From Azolla caroliniana (taxonomy: Eukaryota; Plantae; Polypodiophyta), in NCBI GenBank assembly GCA_043228905.1, contig JBHGNT010000012.1:10416001-10480000 (forward strand): 64,000 nucleotides of DNA. Direction: 5' to 3'. Numbering within the stretch: position 1 is the stretch's first letter; the number at the start of each line of letters is the position of its first letter. A model generated the notes under the pieces. The model did no database searches, was not told where the DNA came from, and worked only from the letters and a program-made list of their open reading frames with translations. Positions 57,701 through 64,000 of the stretch are shown piece after piece. A program made the translations under genes and the position numbers.

Positions 57701-60700
57701 CTATGGATTTCAGCCTTCATTGATAGTGATTGGGCTGGCTGCTATGACACTCGTGTCTTACATAGTGGCAATTGTTTCATGATTGGCAATTCCTGTGTTT
57801 CCTTGCTCAGCAAGAAGCAGCTAATAGTGGCAACATCAATTTGTGAAGCTGAATATAGAGCAACATTTAGTGATATAGTAGCGTGTGTGTGGCTCAAGAG
57901 ATTATTGTCCGATTTTTCATTTAAGTAACCATCTCCTACTTGTATATTTACAGATAGTCAAAGTGCCTTGACTATTGCAAGAAATCTCGTCTTCCATGCA
58001 CAAACAAAACACATTGAGGTGCACTATCATTATGTGAGGGTGCAGTTTCATGCTAAAGAGATAAACTTGGTTTATGTACCAACTCTTGAAAATGTTGTAG
58101 ACATTTTCACCAAGGCTCTATCAAGAGAAAAATTTGAATATTTTTGCAAGGAATTGGGCATTCTTCCAACACACAGATAGTGACGACAATCAAGTTCACA
58201 CCATTCACTTCAGGGGGTTTGTTACACTTAACGTGTATCCTATGAAAGCATTGGCGTGAACAGAGTTATAATAGTGTGAACCTAGTTAAGTAACTGTTGG
58301 GTATGAACATACTTAGAATAGTATGAACCTAGTTAGGTAGCTGTTAGGTGTGAATATAGTTAGACTAGTGTGAACCTAATTAAATGGTAGTTGAGTTTCC
58401 ACATGCCTGTAGATATTGGTTATATAAACCATTCTACATCTTTGTAGTCAGTGCTCGTTTTTTCTAATCTACTGATATTTCCTTAAGTCTTCTAAGTGAT
58501 CTTATTGTGTGAGAGTTAGTCTAAGATCCCAACATTTGTTTTTACAGAGACCTGATCTAATCAATAATAGGAGGCTGTACATGAAGCTTCTGACTCATAC
58601 ATGTCCCAGGATTGAAGGTTTTTGTTAGCTTTATGTAGACATGGGATAAGTATAATGATGAAAACATAATTATAAAAAATAACTTATCCTGATGGTATAT
58701 ACTTCATACTTGGTATACAAGGTTGTGGGTTCAAGTATCTCAAATATCACTTAATCTAATATTTGAGTTTATTTTTACATCGTGAAGCAATTTCTTCACA
58801 ACAGCATGAGAAGCATGTAGACAATAGGTTCATTGTTCTCATGCTCATGATGTATGGTGTGCAGTTACTTCATTGCTTTCATTGGGTATGTATTTCTCAG
58901 GGCAGGAGTGGTGCTCTGGATTCAACATAGATCACTAGGTATCTGTTTAGTCTACGAGGGGCTTCTGGGGTTTCCGACAACCCAGTTTTTTATGGTCAAT
59001 GCTACAAGATGCTAGACGCAATCTCGTACACATTTCCTTTCAGACAGATGATTATCATAGACATGCTACCACAATGGTACAAATTTCCAGCATCACACTT
59101 GATATTAATGTGGAAGAGCATTTGGTCACATTCTTGGTGGTGAATTCAATTAGATGCTTATGCTTGCTTCTTAAGAAGAAAGAAGGAAATCTTGTATGGG
59201 AACTTGGAACTTTGTAAAGGGCTGTTCTCTGAGCATCTGTAACTATTGCATTTGTATATACTACTTTAGTATTTTGCCATATGGCAATGGCATCTTTTAT
59301 AAAAGTTATTCCTATTGTACATCAGGCATTCTTTTCCTGAAGAGGCTAGCAAAGTAATGGAAAATTCCATTTCATTTTCTGGCAGACTTTTCTGCGGACT
59401 TGGAGACATTCTAAATGGGAATACACTTTCCATGGCTGTTCTATGAAAAATTATATAACTGTTGCATTTGTATCTGCTACTTTCCGTAGAACCTTCAGAA
59501 TTAAGACACGTTACTATGCCTTATTTTATAAAAATTATTCCAATTGTACATCAGGAATCTTCTTTCTGCAGACATGAGAAAAGTAATGGTGTTAAGTCCT
59601 ATTGAAATTTCTGGTATAGGTCTCTGTTGCACCTGGGGGTAGCTGGAATCAGTTTAAAGCATGCTCAACAATTCAAAGATCTTGTGAGATTTGGTTTTTT
59701 GCAGTTACTTTCCTTTTCAGGGCTTGGCTTGTGAACCAGAAGTTTGCATATAAAGGTTTGGTGGAATATGTAAAACTTTTCTGGAAGCTTTTATGCTTTA
59801 TATCATATTCAAATTTCCAGTTTGATTTCTCTAATTTGTCTTTAGGAGGAATAACTAAGGGGAAAAGAAAAGAGAAGAGGAAGAAGCTGGCTAAGTGGTT
59901 GAAGGAAGGGCTCTTAAGATTGGGGCCAACTTTTATAAAGATCGGGCAACAGTTCTCCACACGAGTGGACATTCTTCCCCAAGAATATGTTGACCAACTT
60001 GCAGAACTTCAGGTTTGTTCACATCTGTATCACATTACTGGATTCTTTTTCTTTGGTAATGTAATTGATCTAATCTCATGTTCCTGAATTTCCATTGAGA
60101 TGAACAACTTTAACAGGGTCAACATTTTGAATGTTGATTGGAATTTTAGGATCAAGTGCCACCATTTGAGTCTGAAACTGCATTAAAGATTGTCGAAGAG
60201 GAGCTAGGTGCACCTATCAGTAAACTTTTTGAGCAGTTTGATCCAGACCCAATTGCAGCAGCGAGTCTTGGTATTGTATTTTTTCTGTTAAAAATGTCGA
60301 ATGCATGCTTTTCATATTTGATGGATTTGTCCTAATAGAGTTATTGGCAGGCCAAGTTCATCGAGCTACCCTTAGAGGTCAGGAAGTAGTTGTGAAAGTT
60401 CAAAGACCTGGCCTGAAAGACCTTTTTGACATTGATCTCAGAAACTTGAGGGTAATAGTATGGTCAGATTGTATGCTATTGAAGGCCATTCTTCTTTCAG
60501 TCCTCTAAATTTTTAAGCTCTCATCGGGTTTCCTCAGGTCATTGCAGAAAATTTGCAAAAGTTGGATCCGAAATCTGATGGTGCAAAAAGAGATTGGGTT
60601 GCCATTTATGATGAATGTGCCTCTGTTTTATACCAGGTTCTGATTTTGAACAGATGGCTTACTACGCAAATTGAGATTACTGAATTATTGCTTCTCTTAT

Positions 60701-62099
60701 AGTTGGATCTGTGCTGAACTCACATTCTCCTTCTTTCCTGTCGCAAGTATCCACATTCCATTCTTAATGTTTGATAACAATAGAAAATTATTCATTTTTT
60801 GTTAAAACACATCAACCTTCAAGCATTAGTTTGCTATAGATGCATTTCCATGCATTCTAAGTGCAAATTTGCTCTCTAACTTAATGACTATAGACTTAGT
60901 TTTGTTTTATATTAGTCTATTGTGTATTGCTTAGAGTTTTCTTTTCAATCCTCTATATATTTTTAAACATACATATATGTATATATTCATGTTTAGACAG
61001 AATTATTAGGAAATTGATATTGGGTTTCTTCTCATCTTGTCCATATTAATATTTAAGGCTTGTATTTGGGATGTGGTATGCTGCATACTGGACAGTTTTT
61101 TGAGGTGACCTAGTTTGCATGTCTCTCAGGAAATTGATTATTGTATGGAGGCCACTAATGCTGAGCGTTTTGCAAACAATTTTAAGGGTTTGGATTATGT
61201 AAAAGTTCCAAAAATATATCGGGAGCTTACAACTTCACAGGTATCGTAATATGCATAGTCTTTTTCATATTTTAAGAATTATGATTTTCTTTAGAGAGTA
61301 ATTGGGGTGGGGGGTTGAGTTTTTACTTTTTTAGGTACTTACAATGGAGTATGTTCCAGGCATTAAGATAAATCACATTTCAGCTTTGGACCAACTTGGC
61401 GTAGATAGAAAAATGTGAGTAACTGTGTGTATGAATATGCACTGAAACTGGTTTGAGCAGCAAAATCTTCCCAAACTTTCTGAATATATATGCATTGCAG
61501 GATAGCTAGATATGCTGTAGAGTCCTATCTGGAACAGATTTTGCGGCATGGCTTTTTTCACGCAGATCCAGTAAACACTTGATCACCATTATAATAATTT
61601 AACTTATAAAAAATGCTTGTTATATTTGGATCTTATGGACAGTGGTCATTATCAGCATCCCGGCAACATTGCTGTAGATGATACAAATGGAGGACGCCTC
61701 ATCTTCTATGATTTTGGCATGATGGGAAGGTAGAATAAGTTAGTATGCTGGTTTATGATATGATGGGTTCTTTGTTCCATATACTAAGGGTTCTTTGCTT
61801 GTTCACGTGCAGCATCAGTCCAAACATAAGAGAAGGACTGCTTGAGGCATTTTATGGGGTGTATGAGAAAGATCCTGACAAAGTGAGTGAGAACTATGCT
61901 GATCTAAAGTTTGTTTCTAGTGAAACCTTTCAACCTTGGTAGCATGGGAAGCTTATTGAACTCGTACATTGATTTATCTTTTGACCCGAGTTTACTGAAT
62001 GATCAAAAAGGTTCTACAAGCCATGATACAAATGGGAGTGCTTGTTCCAACTGGAGATATGACTGCTGTCCGACGAACAGCACTATTCTTTTTGAATAG
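54755..62099 (+). CDS. ABC1K8: Plastid ABC1/UbiB atypical kinase, ABC1K8 (OSA1/ATH13) type; 5' 12 coding exons, 3' exons beyond the window
   Basis: GT-AG exons: 54755-55387, 59620-59755, 59846-60012, 60150-60270, 60351-60451, 60538-60636, 61130-61240, 61335-61414, 61501-61570, 61656-61729, 61813-61882, 62011-62099. They splice to a Ser-rich transit peptide, [65 protein letters not shown] and DFGMMG. Confidence 0.93.
56664..58546 (+). mobile_element. Internally deleted Ty1/copia element in kinase intron 1
   Basis: LTRs 56664-56934 and 58220-58546, perfect TSD gagac, PBS tggtatcaaagc, RT-end/RNaseH remnants 57430-58180, PPT aggggg. Confidence 0.92.
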
Positions 62100-62699
62100 G
62101 TACTTTTTTACATCCTTGATATATCTATCTCTTCATGTTTGATGGGATCAATACTATCTCTTGATGTCTGATGGAATACTGACCAATTATAGGCCTCTCT
62201 CTCTATGCGTTGAAAAGAGAAATGATGAAATATATACATTGACCCAGAGAAGCTAACATAAGAACCGCTCGTTTGATCCTCTGCATTGAACAATGGCAAT
62301 GTCTGTCCTCTGCGTTTTTTGCAATGTCTGATCCTCTGCATTTTCGGCCAAGTCTGATCCTCTGTGTTTTCTGCCAAGTAGGAATTCCTGGAATCTATAT
62401 TGTCCCCTTTGCCATTTTGCATTTCATACCTTATACCTGCTGTCCTAAGACAGCATGGACTCTGAATGGACAGAAAATGATATGGATCTTAACACACACG
62501 AAGAGGGTCCAGATCCATGGAAGACCCGAAGAAGATACCATAGACGAAAATGACGGGATGGAAGCACCCCGAATAGTGTTAGAAGGGCGCATAAGGCACC
62601 CAGAATGCAAGTCCCGTTCGACATTCCATTTGATGTCGAAAATGGGAAACATGATCTATTATGCCATTTGATTGCGCAAGAGATCAATCTTAAAAGAGG

Positions 62700-63456
62700 A
62701 TATAGAAAGAGCACTAAAAGAAGAAATGAAAAAGGAGATAGAAAAAACAGAAAACAGAGTTGTGTGCCTCTCTCAAGACTGAGTTATTAGAAGAGATGCG
62801 GAAAGACATAACAAGCAATGTGAAGAAATCACACGTAGAGCTCAAGGATGACATGACACAATACCTTAAGGATGAAATATCCTCAAATATGGTTGAGTTA
62901 GGAGCTATAAAAATGGATTTAGAAAAAGGATAAGAAGCAGTGGAAAAATGCATCTCTACATTGAAAGCCAATGTCATTAACGAAATGCAAACATGGGCAG
63001 ACATGGCCAAAGATGCCAAAGCTCAAGCTGAGCATGCCCAAAAAGAAATTAAAGCAAATGCTCCTTGGATAGAGGTAGTGAAAAAGCAAAAAGGAACATC
63101 AATGGATAGGATGGAAATGATGAATGCTACGTTAGAAGACGAAGCCAAGAGGAAAGCTTGTGCATTGCATGCACAAGTGGTTGGTTGGGCAAAAAAAGGA
63201 TGCCCACAAGAAGATGCCAAGAATCTCGGAACAAAGATTGGGGCATCAGATATTCCATTTGCTTCAACATGGAGGGTGGGAAGAGAGGAGTCTAGAGCTA
63301 AAACCCTTATTATCCGCTTCATAGATATTGACAAGAAAAAAGCTTTCCTCTAAAACGGAAAGGCACTCAAGGGTGAGAAAATATACTTAGATGACGATCT
63401 CACTGCAGCCCAAATGGCACACCGCAAAGAAAACATGCCACGAGTGCTTAATGCAA
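62700..63456 (+). mobile_element. LINE ORF1-like remnant (coiled coil plus RRM-like region) in kinase intron 12
   Basis: Translation through stops gives a coiled-coil region, PWIEVVKK, then WRVG...LIIRF...AFL*..ALKGEKIYLDDDLTAAQ, the pattern of non-LTR ORF1 proteins. Confidence 0.6.
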
Positions 63457-64000
63457 TTGTTAATGCTTGCTGTGAGTTGCTATGGTTAATGCAATTGTTT
63501 TCTCACATTGGTGTTTTGCAAGACTCTCCTATTGCAGTTTTCACCGATAGCCAAAGTGCGAGCCTTGGCACATAGCTCAACATTTCATGGTAGAACAAAA
63601 CATATCGAAGTGCACTACCAAACAACCATTTCACCCACTTTCCCCAAATTTGTATAAATAGGCTATACCAAACTTATATTAATTTGACAACTATTCAATA
63701 TCAAGATGAGAGAGTCAGATCTTGCAACCTCCCACATCAACACCTTCAGCCGGGTGTTGTTTGAACTCTCCTTCCAAGGGATTAACTTAGAAGAAGAGAT
63801 TAAAGCCCTTGCCCTCCTATTGAGCTTGCCGGTGAGTTGGGAGGTATTTTGCACGACATTTGCCAATAGCCGACCAAATCTAAATCTAGAGGAAACAATC
63901 GGCAAAGTCCTCATTGAGAATATTTGGCGAAAATCGATGGGACTCACCATCGACGAGTTGGTAGAAGCGCACCACTCGACCGACTTGATTGACCGATTCA
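63457..64000 (+). mobile_element. Copia fragments: RNaseH piece (~63457-63620) followed by a gag piece (~63690-64000)
   Basis: ACCELLWLMQL...FTDSQSA...TKHIEVHY, then HINTFSRV...ALALLLSLPVSWEVF. Confidence 0.7.

Overview
Plant nuclear DNA, probably a non-seed land plant such as a fern (inferred from the retroelement lineages and intron sizes). About 52.5 kb (1-52522) is a deeply nested LTR-retrotransposon island. It holds three Ty1/copia elements (K, H, E), three self-priming chromoviral Ty3/gypsy elements (B, D, F) and a tRNA-Trp-primed non-chromoviral gypsy lineage. That lineage comprises one old copy A1, one very young near-intact copy A2, a deleted relative C and a 7.4-kb palindromic array of a small non-autonomous derivative T. 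There is also a non-autonomous element G with a PBS-like site inside each LTR and no PPT. From 54755 to the end lies the 5' part (12 coding exons) of a plastid ABC1K8/OSA1-type atypical kinase gene, with copia and LINE remnants in its introns. Most notable: (1) tRNA-like A-box/B-box modules with 43-44 nt spacing in the LTRs of five families; (2) a 39-nt copy of tRNA-Trp positions 38-76 fused to an LTR, followed by a captured pol fragment; (3) the two-PBS/no-PPT element G; (4) 4-bp CpG-centred target sites for the Trp-primed lineage; (5) covarying Tf1-like self-priming signals. All alignments and coordinates were read by eye; no database searches were run.
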